The position numbers and the translations under genes were made by a program. Of a stretch of 64,000 nucleotides of DNA, positions 44,968 to 55,821 are shown piece by piece. Source of the stretch: Planctomycetaceae bacterium (GTDB lineage: Bacteria; Planctomycetota; Planctomycetia; Pirellulales; Lacipirellulaceae); NCBI GenBank assembly GCA_002702655.1, contig PABB01000072.1, forward strand, positions 1 to 64,000, written 5' to 3'. Numbering within the stretch: the first letter of the stretch is position 1; every line of letters begins with the position of its first letter. Under the pieces are notes generated by a model. It saw only the letters and a program-made list of their open reading frames with translations. It was not told where the DNA came from and made no database searches.

Positions 44968-46503
44968 TCAGGTCAATGTCGTTTTGCGGATCTTTCCGCT
45001 CGTTGTTTTCGGCAGTTCGTCGACGAACTCGACGTACTTGGGCACCATGAAGTCTTCCAGGTGTGCCCGGCAGTGGCGTTGGACGTCGGCCGCGGATAAG
45101 GCGCCGTTTTGAGTCACGACGAACGCTTTCACCGCTTGCCCGAGGATCGGATCGGGAACGCCGATGACCGCCGCCTCGGCGACGCCGTCCAGCGCGTATA
45201 GTCGGTTCTCGACTTCTTTGGGCGCGACCTTCTCGCCGCGGCTCTTGATGATGTCATCTTGCCGCCCGACGAAGTAGAAGTAGCCCTCTTCGTCCATGCG
45301 AAACAGATCGCCTGTGTAGCACAGCGTCTCCCCTGGCAACGAGCCGGGGCGGTACCGTTGGGCCGTCGCCTCGGGTTTCTCCCAGTAGCCGCGCATCACG
45401 TGACGACCGCGGACGACCAATTCGCCGATCTGATTCGGCCCGAGCCGTTGGTCACGCTCGTCGACCAGCCACGCCTCCGTTCCCGGAATCGGAATGCCGA
45501 CCGAATCGGGTCGTCGGGCCAGCTGCTCCGGCGGCAGATACAGCGTGCGCTTGGTCTCAGTCAGACCGTACATCGAGTACAGCCGCGCGTGCGGAACGGC
45601 CTGCTGCAACCGAAGGATATGGCTGGGCGGCAACGCCGCGCCGGTGTTCGTCAGATACCGCAAGCTGCTGAGGTCGTAGCCGCTGAGGTCCATCTGCAGC
45701 AACAGGGCGAACATCGTCGGCACGCCGGGAAAGCCAGTGGCCCGCTCCGCCACCAGCCGCTGCAGAAACTGCACGGGATAAGCAAAGGACCGCTCCAACA
45801 CCAACGTGGCGCCCACGCGGACCGACATGATTAGCTGGTACAGACCGTAGTCGAACGACAACGGCAACGCGCTGATGATGACATCCTCGGACGCGTTCTC
45901 CAGGTAGGTGCAGATCGACCACGCGGCAAAGACGACATTGGCGTGCGACGACATGACGCCTTTCGGTTCGCCGCTGCTGCCCGAGGTGTAGATCAGACAC
46001 GCGAGATCCTGATCGATCGCAGCGCTGGCCGGCGGGTTGGCCGAGGCGTTCTGCTGAATGTCGTCGTAACGCAGCACGCCCGCTTGCTGCTCCGCGGATT
46101 TCGCATCGGCATCGCCCGTGAGAATGATCAATCGCACGGATTCGGCATCGGCCATGACGGCGGCTGCCGCATCGCCGTAACGGGTTGGCGCGACAATCGC
46201 AGCCGCGCGGCAATCGTGGATCATCCGCGTCAGTTTGTCGGGCTTCGTCGAGGTGTTCGCCATAACGAACACGCCGCCGGCCTTCAGCACGGCAAAGATG
46301 CCAACGGCGGCTTCAATGTTGTTTGGCAGCCACAATACGACGCGATCGCCACGCACGACGCCTTGCTTCAGCAGCGCATTGGCCAAACGGTTGGCAGCCG
46401 CGTCGAGCTCGGCGTAGGTCAATCGCTGCGATTCACTGACGACGGCGACCTTGCACGGGACGCGGCGAGCGCTGTGTTCTAGAAAGTGATGGACCATCAA
46501 CAT
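44968..46503 (-). CDS. AMP-dependent synthetase/ligase (acyl-CoA/acyl-ACP ligase)
   Basis: YTSGSSGEPKGV AMP-binding motif. Confidence 0.8.
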   Translation of the reverse strand: MLMVHHFLEHSARRVPCKVAVVSESQRLTYAELDAAANRLANALLKQGVVRGDRVVLWLPNNIEAAVGIFAVLKAGGVFVMANTSTKPDKLTRMIHDCRAAAIVAPTRYGDAAAAVMADAESVRLIILTGDADAKSAEQQAGVLRYDDIQQNASANPPASAAIDQDLACLIYTSGSSGEPKGVMSSHANVVFAAWSICTYLENASEDVIISALPLSFDYGLYQLIMSVRVGATLVLERSFAYPVQFLQRLVAERATGFPGVPTMFALLLQMDLSGYDLSSLRYLTNTGAALPPSHILRLQQAVPHARLYSMYGLTETKRTLYLPPEQLARRPDSVGIPIPGTEAWLVDERDQRLGPNQIGELVVRGRHVMRGYWEKPEATAQRYRPGSLPGETLCYTGDLFRMDEEGYFYFVGRQDDIIKSRGEKVAPKEVENRLYALDGVAEAAVIGVPDPILGQAVKAFVVTQNGALSAADVQRHCRAHLEDFMVPKYVEFVDELPKTTSGKIRKTTLT

Positions 46504-46579
46504 GGTTGGCCCTCTTTGATGTGTATATGCGTGCGCATTGCACGCAGCGACAGACTGCGCGGCTTCGGATCCCGCCAGC

Positions 46580-46849
46580 CTACGACTTCACGGCGCAATC
46601 GGCGCCATGCCGCTTCTGCTGAATGAAAGCGGCGATCTTGTCGACCGAGTCGAAATTTCCGGGAACGACGTCGTCGTCGGCCACAGGCACGCCCAGATCG
46701 CCCTCGAGAAACTGAATGAGTTCCAGCACGCCGGTGGAATCGACGACACCGTTCTCAAGCAACGAATCGTCGTCAGCCAGATCGAAGCCGTGCGCCGAAA
46801 ACAGGAAGTTCTCGGCAAGAAAGTCGCGAATTCTCTGCTTGGTGTCCAT
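46580..46849 (-). CDS. acyl carrier protein
   Basis: DSTGVLELIQFLE phosphopantetheine-site motif. AAGGAAGG SD before the ATG at 46847-46849. Confidence 0.7.
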   Translation of the reverse strand: MDTKQRIRDFLAENFLFSAHGFDLADDDSLLENGVVDSTGVLELIQFLEGDLGVPVADDDVVPGNFDSVDKIAAFIQQKRHGADCAVKS

Positions 46850-46875
46850 GATTCGCCTTCCTTGTGTTGAACAGG

Positions 46876-47904
46876 TCAATTGCACAACCCGGCCCGCCGG
46901 ACGGCCTGGTTGAGAAACGGCACAAAGGCGGCCGTCGCGCGGCGGTTGCCAGCGGCATTGGGGTGACTATCTTCTCCGCGGCGACCGGTCGGGTACTTCG
47001 AGAAATTGGACTCGCCGTTGTCGGTGAGCAGGTCGTATAGGTCAAACACGGCGACGTTGGTCGCGTCGTAGTCAGCCAGCCACCCGTTTTTGGCGTCTGT
47101 CAGCCAGTTGTTGAATTCCCGCGCCAACGGTCCGGAGGCGGTCACGTCGCCGCGACGCAGCAGACGCTTTGCGACGGCTTTGTACAGCGGCTCGACGCTG
47201 CGCGCGATAGGCGGCGCTGTGACAGCGACGAACAGCGTTTCAGGCCGCTTGCGGAATTCGGGCAGCAGCTCGCGATAGGCGTCCTTGGCATTGGCGACAG
47301 TCAGTCGCCAGCCGCCGCCGTTGCCTGACGGCGCGTCGGCAGCCACGAAGAGGCTTTGCGTGAAGCACGATTTGAAAACGACAATGTCATTGCAGCCCGA
47401 GTCGCTGTACGGCGTGTCCTGTCTGTCGCATCGCAGGACATCGTCCATCTGCCGCCGGAACTTCTCCGGCCAATCGGGCACGTCGGTCGCGGCGCCAAGG
47501 CGACTGCCGTACGACGCTTCGTGCACGCTGTAGCCGGCGCCTGTGAGTGCGTCGCGCAATCCTCCGCCGTTGACGGCCGTCCGATAAATGCAGTTTTCGC
47601 CATCATCCGGGCCTGGCGTAGCCAGCCACTGCCCGCCGCAGGAGTGATGGATGAAAAGCAGACGGAGTGGTTGCGACGGCGCCGCGTCCGAAAATGCGTT
47701 GAAATTCATCGGTTTGACTTTCGCCCGATCGAGTTGCTCTGGCGGCGGCGACACCGGCAGGGCAAGCACGGCGCCAGCCAGCAATCCGCCAGCGAGCCCT
47801 CCAATGACGCGTCGGCGCGTCAGCGTGCGGGGTCGACGAGAATCTTGCAGCGACACCTGTCCGTTGCGGTCAAGAGTCGGCATGGCAGCATTCGGTCCGC
47901 TCAT
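46876..47904 (-). CDS. hypothetical secreted protein, possible Tat signal
   Basis: SRRPRTLTRRRVIGGLAGGLLAGAV N-terminus. ATGA overlap with the upstream gene supports the start at 47904. Confidence 0.4.
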   Translation of the reverse strand: MSGPNAAMPTLDRNGQVSLQDSRRPRTLTRRRVIGGLAGGLLAGAVLALPVSPPPEQLDRAKVKPMNFNAFSDAAPSQPLRLLFIHHSCGGQWLATPGPDDGENCIYRTAVNGGGLRDALTGAGYSVHEASYGSRLGAATDVPDWPEKFRRQMDDVLRCDRQDTPYSDSGCNDIVVFKSCFTQSLFVAADAPSGNGGGWRLTVANAKDAYRELLPEFRKRPETLFVAVTAPPIARSVEPLYKAVAKRLLRRGDVTASGPLAREFNNWLTDAKNGWLADYDATNVAVFDLYDLLTDNGESNFSKYPTGRRGEDSHPNAAGNRRATAAFVPFLNQAVRRAGLCN

Positions 47905-48611
47905 GGGCTCAGTAGCTTCGACGACGGCTGGGAGAAGGTTTTTTCGTCGGTGGCCGACAAGGCGACCGCTGCACGGTACGCCCGTTCGGCGTCTCTGATG
48001 ATCGTCTGAATCTCCGCGTTGACGTACCACGGGTCATCCCGCGGCACGCCGCGGATGTAGGCCGCCGACGCGTCCTGTACCGCTTGGCGAATGTCATCGA
48101 CGGTCACCCGGCCCTGCTCCACGTCCTCTTTGCGAATCACCGTTGCGCCGCACAGCGCCTTGGCGTGCGATTGCAGCAGGTCGGCGTACGTTCCGTAGGG
48201 ACGAGCGGGATTGCCCGCCGCGGCCATGCCCGAGCCGATGTCGCGATTGACCAGCGCTCCGGCTGCGATGAGCGCGTCAGGCCCAATCGTGACGCCCGGC
48301 ATAATGATGGCCCGCTCGCCGATGAAGCTGCCTTCGAGGATCCGCACGGGCGCCAGCCGAGTCGCTCCCAAGTGACGGAACACCGTTGCGTCGTGCGTGA
48401 GAATCCGCACTCCTCGGCAGATACGACAGTTGTCGCCAATTTCGATCAAGAAGGGATAGTTGCTGTCGAACTCCACGCCCTCGGTGATGTACACGTTCTT
48501 GCCCACGCGCATGCCGCGGCTGATGTAGCGAGCCAGGCGAATGCGATCGAGCCGATGCCGCACCTGCGAGGCCAACCATGCCAGAGGACTTACAAGACGG
48601 GCAACAGACAT
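47901..48611 (-). CDS. hexapeptide-repeat acetyltransferase (left-handed beta-helix)
   Basis: Repeated [LIV]GxxxxI hexapeptides. Confidence 0.75.
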   Translation of the reverse strand: MSVARLVSPLAWLASQVRHRLDRIRLARYISRGMRVGKNVYITEGVEFDSNYPFLIEIGDNCRICRGVRILTHDATVFRHLGATRLAPVRILEGSFIGERAIIMPGVTIGPDALIAAGALVNRDIGSGMAAAGNPARPYGTYADLLQSHAKALCGATVIRKEDVEQGRVTVDDIRQAVQDASAAYIRGVPRDDPWYVNAEIQTIIRDAERAYRAAVALSATDEKTFSQPSSKLLSP

Positions 48612-48623
48612 GGGACTTCTCGA

Positions 48624-49694
48624 CTAAACTGCATTGCGCCGCATGCGGCGCCACAGCGCCGCATCGTTGGCTCGGTTTATCAGCCAGTGGACATTGGCCT
48701 GGACGACCGGTCGGTCCAAGACACGTCGCAGCCATGGACGCTGCGGCGCCGCCACCACGCCGGCAATCACAGCAATGCGATGCATCGTTTCGCAGAGCAG
48801 CAACAGGGCCGCGGGGAACGCCGGCGCCGGGCCCAATCCGGCGAGAAACGCCCGCTGCAGCGCTTGCACGCGCCGCGCACTGTTGGGAATCTCCAGCCCG
48901 ACAGATTCCAGGTAGACGAGCATCTTCAGGGCGTCGATCGGAACCAGACCGAAGCGATATCCGTAGAAGTCAATGACAGTGACGTTGCCACGATTCACGA
49001 TGACATTCCACGGGCCGAAGTCGCCATGCCGGCCCGTTTCGAGCAGATCCTCGCCCTGCAGGTTGTCGGCGCAGCGTTGCATGAGCTCCGCGGTTTGGTA
49101 GTGCAGCTGTTTCGACCACGCGCGATGTCCCGCTTCTTCAATCATCCGCAATCGCTCGTGACACCTGATCAGCACGTCGCGCAAGGCATCGGGGCCGGCC
49201 GGCCGCATGCCGGTAAACTTCTGAAAGCACCGCAGCCACAGCCCGCAGTTGAAATACGCGGTTTTCAACGCGTCCAAGCGACGCCGCCCCCCCAAGTAAT
49301 GGACCGCCCGAAACCGATCGACGAGCAACTCGCCGTCGACGTGTTCCATGACCACCGTATTCACCGCCGGCAAGCACGCGATCGGGCGCGGCGCCGCACA
49401 ATGCGGGATCGAGGTAAACTTCCCGTGCAGTAACTGGAGAATCCCAAATTCGACCGACGCCTGATCCGGTTCACGCACCAAAGTTGTGTTGGCGGGGTGG
49501 GCCAGTTGTCGTTTGGCAACCAGCCGATGAATTCCGCGCTGCGTGACGGCGGTGAGAAAGGTCGTCTCGGAAAAAGGCTTGCGCAGAACTCGCTGCACTT
49601 GCACTCGCAACAGTTGCTCGCCATGCTCTCTTGCAAAATAGGTGCGGAGCGTCTCGTCCAGCGAGTCCGCAGCAGCATTTTGAACAGCGTTCAT
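48624..49694 (-). CDS. phosphotransferase/kinase-like (APH/choline-kinase fold) protein
   Basis: HGDFGPWNV catalytic-loop motif. Confidence 0.6.
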   Translation of the reverse strand: MNAVQNAAADSLDETLRTYFAREHGEQLLRVQVQRVLRKPFSETTFLTAVTQRGIHRLVAKRQLAHPANTTLVREPDQASVEFGILQLLHGKFTSIPHCAAPRPIACLPAVNTVVMEHVDGELLVDRFRAVHYLGGRRRLDALKTAYFNCGLWLRCFQKFTGMRPAGPDALRDVLIRCHERLRMIEEAGHRAWSKQLHYQTAELMQRCADNLQGEDLLETGRHGDFGPWNVIVNRGNVTVIDFYGYRFGLVPIDALKMLVYLESVGLEIPNSARRVQALQRAFLAGLGPAPAFPAALLLLCETMHRIAVIAGVVAAPQRPWLRRVLDRPVVQANVHWLINRANDAALWRRMRRNAV

Positions 49695-51199
49695 GTCGTT
49701 GTTTGTGCGGCGAGCGAACGCGTGTCGCCGTTGTCGCCAAACGCGACGTGTCCCCGCCACCCTGACGGCGGCTGGAATTGATATCGCCGATATGGCTCGC
49801 CGACGCGCACGTCGGCCAAGACCGCGCTGTCCGTCACGATGCCAATGTCCTCGGGCGAGAAGTCTGTCAACGCGAACGAGCGACTCTGAAAAGCTCGAGC
49901 GATCAGCGGAATACGGCGATAGTCGAAGCCTGCCAAGGTGGCCGCCACCGCATCGACTGCGGCCGCGTTGACGCCCCCCAGCAGCAGGCCGCAGCGCCGT
50001 GTGGTGGGTTCCATGGGGCCTTCTCCGTCACCGGCGATGATGCCGTCGACGACGCTGAAGCACGTCCGCTGCGTCGTCGGTTTCATGCGGCCGTCGCGGT
50101 CGCAATAGAGCACAATGCGGTTGAGGTCCAGGACGGTGCGCCATAGCGTGTCATTGCCATACCAACTCCCCTCGCGGTAGGGATCGCGTGAGCAACGGCG
50201 ACCGGCCCGGTTGGCAATGCGGATGGCAAGCGCCCGTACGCGACTGCCCGCCGAGTGCGGCGCCCGGTCCGCGGCTTCAATTAGCCGCGTCTGAATTCGC
50301 TTGAGCCACGAGCGGTGCTCGTACTCGTCGCCGCCCTCAGCGGGCGATTTCACGCGATGGTGGGGAAGCCAGTCCTTGTGACCGTTGACGCCCACCATGT
50401 TCTTCAGAGCGGCCGTCAGTCCGACCTTGCGATGGGTCTTCAGCTTGGGGAGATTGATAACGACGTTGGACTCCAACACGGTCCGCGGAATCAGGTATTC
50501 GTGCGACTTGAGATTGTGGTGTTCGCGCATCTCCCGCGGGTCGTAGTTCGTCACGCGAAACTGTTGAAAATCGTCCGAAATGGCTGCCAGCAGGCTGTCG
50601 TTTCCTAGATCGACGGGACAATAGCCTCGCGAATCGCCCGGCCGTGCCGTGCGCGCTGTCAGCCGGTGATCCGCATCGACGTCTACGGACTCCCGTCGGA
50701 AATCTATGAGTTCAACGGGAATTTCCCAACGATGCGCCGCATCGTCACACGCGGCACGAAGGCCCGTGCGAGCGACCGCTTCCTCGAAGTTCGCGCTCTG
50801 CACCGGCGCGTCGCCGACAATCAGGCGTCCTCGCCCGCTCAGCGCCAGCGCTGCGTAGTCCAACAGACACCGAACGACTGACGCGTGCGTGACGACCGCT
50901 TGGTAGCTTCCGCCGGCCAAGTGATTGTGCCGCACCAGGTTCGGTTTCAGGAGCACTTGGTCCCCAGGCGTGATCAACTCGCCGAGGGGATTCCAGTCAC
51001 TGCCTCCGAGACGCCTCTCGTCGAGGCTCAGCGTAGCGAGCAACTGCCGAACCGCTGCGTACGCATTATTGCGTTCGGCGCCGGCAGGCGCTCGCCCCGC
51101 GAACTCCGGGTATTGTTCGTGCGGAGGGAACGGGGCCGTCGCGGGATAGTCCCAGGGCTGCCCGGCCACTGTCACGCCGACAATTTCAGGATTAAACAT
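49691..51199 (-). CDS. DUF362 domain protein
   Basis: VLLKPNLV and INLPKLKTH motifs. Confidence 0.6.
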   Translation of the reverse strand: MFNPEIVGVTVAGQPWDYPATAPFPPHEQYPEFAGRAPAGAERNNAYAAVRQLLATLSLDERRLGGSDWNPLGELITPGDQVLLKPNLVRHNHLAGGSYQAVVTHASVVRCLLDYAALALSGRGRLIVGDAPVQSANFEEAVARTGLRAACDDAAHRWEIPVELIDFRRESVDVDADHRLTARTARPGDSRGYCPVDLGNDSLLAAISDDFQQFRVTNYDPREMREHHNLKSHEYLIPRTVLESNVVINLPKLKTHRKVGLTAALKNMVGVNGHKDWLPHHRVKSPAEGGDEYEHRSWLKRIQTRLIEAADRAPHSAGSRVRALAIRIANRAGRRCSRDPYREGSWYGNDTLWRTVLDLNRIVLYCDRDGRMKPTTQRTCFSVVDGIIAGDGEGPMEPTTRRCGLLLGGVNAAAVDAVAATLAGFDYRRIPLIARAFQSRSFALTDFSPEDIGIVTDSAVLADVRVGEPYRRYQFQPPSGWRGHVAFGDNGDTRSLAAQTTT

Positions 51200-51395
51200 T
51201 GCTTTGGCTTGATACCAACCGACCAGTGCGAGCGACCTGCGCCAACAGATTCTGCGAGACATGCTGACTTGAATCTGCGCGGGAACGCGACGATACGTCA
51301 TGGGGCCGCGACGCAGCGGGCGCCGCCGACGCCGCCCTAGCGCCTCGCGCGTCCCGGCATCGCTGGATGGTCAGCGGGAGCATTTGATCCTCGAT

Positions 51396-52730
51396 TCAAT
51401 CGCACGGCGCGGGTTCGCGAAATACGAATCGAAACTTGCCCGTCGGCGTCTTGACGAAGTGGTCCACCTCTTCGAATCGCAACGTCACGCAGGATGGCAA
51501 GTAAGGCCGATATGTGTTGGCGATTCGTCGTCGTAGTGCATCGTCGACCGCGTCTTGACGGCGCGTGCGCAGGACGACTGTCGCGTCCGACGTCTGGACG
51601 AACTGGTACTCATTCAGCGGCAGGTCTTTCATCAGGTGGATGAACATCTCGCCGGCAATGCGCGTGCCGTCGACGAAGCGGAACACCTCAGTCGTCCGGC
51701 CGATCACCCGCCTGATCAGCGGCAACCCGCGTCCGCAATCGCACGACTCCGCCGAACTGGGGACCCCAATGTCGCCGATCCGATAGCGAATGAAGGGCAT
51801 CGCGTAGTTGTTGAGGTTGGTCACCAGGATATTGCCGGCGTCGGGATGCCCCGGCAGGGTAATTGGCTCGAACTCGAGATAGTTGTTCTCCGACACCTCG
51901 TGCAGCCCGGCGTGAGCAGCGCATTCCATGGCCATCAGGCTTGCTTCGCGCCCGCCGTAAGTGTTGTAGGTGCGGGCCTGAAGAACGCGCTCGACGTAGT
52001 CGCGCGACGGCGCGTCGACCGTCTCAGCGCACAGCAAGACGCCCTTCAGCGGTGGAAGGCGAACTTTGTTCTCGTCGATGAACCGGGCGAAATCCTTCAC
52101 TGCCGTAAAATATCCCCGCAGCAACGTCGGTCGCAGCTTTTGGCAGCGGCGTACGAGGTCCCACTTGCGGTCGTCGCTCAGGTTGAAGGAATTGAGCTTG
52201 ATCTCCCCGTTCAGCAACAGATCGCTGAGCCGCTCCCAACGGGAGAAGTCGGACTTTAACTCGTGCATGCAGCCCCAGAGCACGGCGCAGCGGTCGCCCG
52301 GCACGCAATCGGCGATGCTGTACCACCCGCGCCACCGCGCGGCGCTGGCCCACAACTCGAACCGTCGGTCCTGGAAATATTGCAGTGGTTCGCCAGTCGA
52401 TCCTCCGGTGGCATTGGGCAAGAACTCGTGTTGGGCGAGATTGCTTGCTTTCAATTCGGATGCGTGAGCGCGAATGTCCTGCTTCGTCAGCACCGGCACC
52501 GCGACCAAGTCCTCGAAACGACGAATGTCGTCAGGAGTTGCGCCGATCTGATCGAACTGCCGACGGTAGTAAGGCACGTTGTCAAAGGCATGCCTAAGCA
52601 ATCGCTTGAGCTTGCCGAACTGGTACTGCCGGATTCGCTCGCGCGACCAGAACTGCGTGGTTAGCAGGAGCCTCAGCACGCGCCACTCGCGGGGACGTCT
52701 CAATCGCTGGTAGCACGTCGCAGTGGTCAT
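51396..52730 (-). CDS. phenylacetate-CoA ligase family (PaaK/CapK-like adenylate-forming enzyme)
   Basis: TGGSTGEP motif. Confidence 0.7.
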   Translation of the reverse strand: MTTATCYQRLRRPREWRVLRLLLTTQFWSRERIRQYQFGKLKRLLRHAFDNVPYYRRQFDQIGATPDDIRRFEDLVAVPVLTKQDIRAHASELKASNLAQHEFLPNATGGSTGEPLQYFQDRRFELWASAARWRGWYSIADCVPGDRCAVLWGCMHELKSDFSRWERLSDLLLNGEIKLNSFNLSDDRKWDLVRRCQKLRPTLLRGYFTAVKDFARFIDENKVRLPPLKGVLLCAETVDAPSRDYVERVLQARTYNTYGGREASLMAMECAAHAGLHEVSENNYLEFEPITLPGHPDAGNILVTNLNNYAMPFIRYRIGDIGVPSSAESCDCGRGLPLIRRVIGRTTEVFRFVDGTRIAGEMFIHLMKDLPLNEYQFVQTSDATVVLRTRRQDAVDDALRRRIANTYRPYLPSCVTLRFEEVDHFVKTPTGKFRFVFREPAPCD

Positions 52731-54193
52731 GCTAGGTCCCTTTTCTCCTTGCTGAGGCGGCGCTGGCAGTCAGCGGCCACAAGTCCGAACGCGGCCAACC
52801 ACAACCAATTGAATCGGTACAAGTTGTGTCCAAACAGACCCGCGAATAGCAACAAGACGACCGACGCCTGTGCAGCCACGGCAAATTGGCGCAGCGTATC
52901 GGAAGTTGCCGAACAATTGCGATTCGCCGCTGCCTTCACGCGTCGATAATTCCCAACCAAAGCCCACAGCAGCCACAGAAAGCCGCCCGCGCCGCAAAGC
53001 CCCGTCTCGCCGAGCAACTGTCCCGCCAGGTTGTGCGCCTGCAGCGGGACGCCGTCGACGGCTTTGACGCGATAGTCGACAAAGTTGCCGACGCCGACGC
53101 CCGACAACGGAAACCGCCGGAACATCGTCATCCCGGCGTGGAATCCCTCGACGCGCCCCTCGGCGGAGACCTGCGCATTGTGCGGCCCCGCGTCGGGGTC
53201 CCAAATCGTCCGCAGGCGACCCTGAATTTCCGCTGGGAGCACGCACCATAGAAGGGCGAGCAACGCTATTGCCCCGACCAGGCAGTAGGCCTTGCCCGCG
53301 GCATTGCGACGCTGAAACGCCATCAACAACACAAACACGACGAATCCGAGCATTCCGCTGCGGCTATTGGTCATCGTAAGCGACGTCAACGCCAGGACCA
53401 CGTACGACCACAGTCCCCACTTGAACCATTTCTCGTAGCGTAGCGGCCATTCGCAGCAGAAGTCGCGCCGCACGCGCTGCAGCAGCACCAGCATTGGCAT
53501 CGACACGACAATCGACATCGCGAGCGCGTTGGGGCCGCCGAAGGTCGACTCGATTCCCACGAGCCGAATGACCCCCTGGTCATAGCGATGCTGGCCGTGA
53601 ACAAAGAACTCCCACAGCGACTTGGCCAGGTACAGCCACATGGTCGCTACGTAGCAGGCAACCATGAAAACCAACTCATAGGGCGTCCGCACAATGGCGA
53701 CCAGCACCATGAAGAACACGACAAGCGTCAAGTACGTGTAGTAGGGCTCCCAGCACAGGCTGGGGTCTTTGGCAAATGCCCAAGACACTGTCAGCGCACC
53801 AAGAAAGGCGCCGACAGCAAGAGTCTGAGACGCACCAATGTGCCTGAGACCGCGCGTGCAGAGGACGGTGCCGATCATGGCCACGGCGTAGAGTCGCTCG
53901 AAGTGCCAATCGCCCAGCGCCGGCCAAAGCTGCTCCCAGGGACGGGTGATGAACAGCGCCACGTAGATTGCCGCCATCCAGACCGCCACACTTTGCGGCC
54001 AGATTCCGTTTCGCACGCGGTCCAGAGGGCCGATCAGGCCGTCGCCGACGTCCGCGGGCGGAGCTTCGCCATACGTCTGACTCCGAGCGATGTCGCTTCG
54101 TCTTGCAGATGTTGCTATCGACTGTCGCACGATGAAACCAACGATGCTGCCTGTTGTTTGCCTACCCTGCCTGCACTTGCGAAATCGCAGCAA
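52727..54193 (-). CDS. O-antigen ligase/polymerase family membrane protein (Wzy_C)
   Basis: Multi-TM protein with a Wzy_C-like loop. Confidence 0.7.
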   Translation of the reverse strand: MLRFRKCRQGRQTTGSIVGFIVRQSIATSARRSDIARSQTYGEAPPADVGDGLIGPLDRVRNGIWPQSVAVWMAAIYVALFITRPWEQLWPALGDWHFERLYAVAMIGTVLCTRGLRHIGASQTLAVGAFLGALTVSWAFAKDPSLCWEPYYTYLTLVVFFMVLVAIVRTPYELVFMVACYVATMWLYLAKSLWEFFVHGQHRYDQGVIRLVGIESTFGGPNALAMSIVVSMPMLVLLQRVRRDFCCEWPLRYEKWFKWGLWSYVVLALTSLTMTNSRSGMLGFVVFVLLMAFQRRNAAGKAYCLVGAIALLALLWCVLPAEIQGRLRTIWDPDAGPHNAQVSAEGRVEGFHAGMTMFRRFPLSGVGVGNFVDYRVKAVDGVPLQAHNLAGQLLGETGLCGAGGFLWLLWALVGNYRRVKAAANRNCSATSDTLRQFAVAAQASVVLLLFAGLFGHNLYRFNWLWLAAFGLVAADCQRRLSKEKRDLA

Positions 54194-54209
54194 GCGCTGC
54201 CATGAGTGG

Positions 54210-55820
54210 TCATTTCAGCAGGCTCCGATTCGGGTCCTCAAACTGCTTCGCCAACTCGTGCGAATTGCGGGGCGTCCACGCGCGGCCGACTCGCTCGATC
54301 GCGTCTGCGAGCGGCGATAACAGGAACCTGCGTCGCTCCTGCCGGGTCAACCCAATCGACGCGATGAGTCCCACGGCCGCTCCGCCCGCGAGGGCGCCTT
54401 GCCAAGCCAACTCCGACCACGACGCGGCGGTGGGGAGCGCAGCCTTCAACAGAGCGACGGCGCCCCCGCACAACGCGGCCACGACGATCGGCCGCACGTA
54501 CGTTGTCCGAACAAACTCGCTCAGGGGAATTTCAAGCAGCCGACACACGAGCACCGGGTGCACGCACCCCTGGAAAGCGACGGCGGCGCCCGCCACAGCA
54601 CAGGCAACGCCGGCGAGCCCGAACGGCTCGGCCAACAGGCAGGCCGCCGTGAAGCTGGTCAGGCCCTCGATTGCCGTGAGCTGACCCAACGTCTTCAACC
54701 GGCGGGTCGCGTAGAAGACCTGATTGCCAATTGACTGACCGGCGACGAAGATCGAACCGGAGATGAGCACGCAAAACACTCCGGCGATTGACTCGGCGTC
54801 CTGGTAAGCGCCGCTGCGAGTTCCAAGCCACAGCGCGTAGAACTCGCCCGCCCACGCAAACGCGATGATCCCGGCCGCAGAGGCCAGCAGCAGCAGGATG
54901 CGCGACCCGTGCATGTATACATTGCGCAACTGTTGACGCTCTCCGCGGGCGTCGAGGTCGGTCATCGCCGGGAAGAAGACGTTCCCAATTGGTACGAACA
55001 GACGTTCGAAATGCTGGACTAACCCCTGCGCTAACGCAAAGGCGCCGATCGCGGCAATCGGCATCGTCAGGCCCACGATGACGGCATTCGCGTTGTATTT
55101 CAGACCGCGCGCTGCAGCGACGAGAAAACTCCACGCCCCGAACGTCACGATCGCGCCCAGGCTGCGGTAGTTCGCCACAGACAACGAGATCTTCAGCTGC
55201 GGCAAGATGCGGTACGCCAGGCGCCACCGCACCGCATAGCTCGCGTGGTTTCCCGCGACGGTGATCAAGCTGAGACTGATCAGCCCGAAACCCGCCCGCA
55301 GCGCGAGGTAGGTTGCTGTCGCGATGCACAGCGTGCTGCAAATGCCAACCGCATTCGCGAGATCAAACCGCTGCGTGACAGTAAATACGGTAGAGAACGG
55401 ATACCATAGGAATTGCAGAGCCACCGACGCGCCGATCACCAGCAGGCAGATTTGCGTCTCGCGCACGGCCGTGGCCGGCATGTCGAACCAGCGGGGAGCG
55501 AAGGCGGCCAGCAGCAACGTCGCCGGCAGCAAGATCACACTGCAGGTCGCCAACGCAGCGAACCCCGTACTGGCCGTTTCGTTAAGCTTCGCAAAGTCGC
55601 GCGCCGCCATGTGCCTTGTCATGTACTGAGCCATCCCGGCCCGGCAGCCCAGGTCGAGCAGTCCGTAGTAGCCAGTCACGCCGACGACCAACGCCCACAC
55701 GCCATATCGCACTTCGCCCAGACTGGCGACGACGAACGGCGTCAGAAAGAACGTGACAACCGCCTGAACGGCAAACCCGGCCCAGTTGCTCGTGACGTTT
55801 CGTAGCAGAGTTTTGTACAC
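54210..55820 (-). CDS. polysaccharide flippase (Wzx/MOP family)
   Basis: 12-14 TM protein with a Wzx-like N-terminus. Confidence 0.75.
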   Translation of the reverse strand: MYKTLLRNVTSNWAGFAVQAVVTFFLTPFVVASLGEVRYGVWALVVGVTGYYGLLDLGCRAGMAQYMTRHMAARDFAKLNETASTGFAALATCSVILLPATLLLAAFAPRWFDMPATAVRETQICLLVIGASVALQFLWYPFSTVFTVTQRFDLANAVGICSTLCIATATYLALRAGFGLISLSLITVAGNHASYAVRWRLAYRILPQLKISLSVANYRSLGAIVTFGAWSFLVAAARGLKYNANAVIVGLTMPIAAIGAFALAQGLVQHFERLFVPIGNVFFPAMTDLDARGERQQLRNVYMHGSRILLLLASAAGIIAFAWAGEFYALWLGTRSGAYQDAESIAGVFCVLISGSIFVAGQSIGNQVFYATRRLKTLGQLTAIEGLTSFTAACLLAEPFGLAGVACAVAGAAVAFQGCVHPVLVCRLLEIPLSEFVRTTYVRPIVVAALCGGAVALLKAALPTAASWSELAWQGALAGGAAVGLIASIGLTRQERRRFLLSPLADAIERVGRAWTPRNSHELAKQFEDPNRSLLK

Positions 55821-55821
55821 G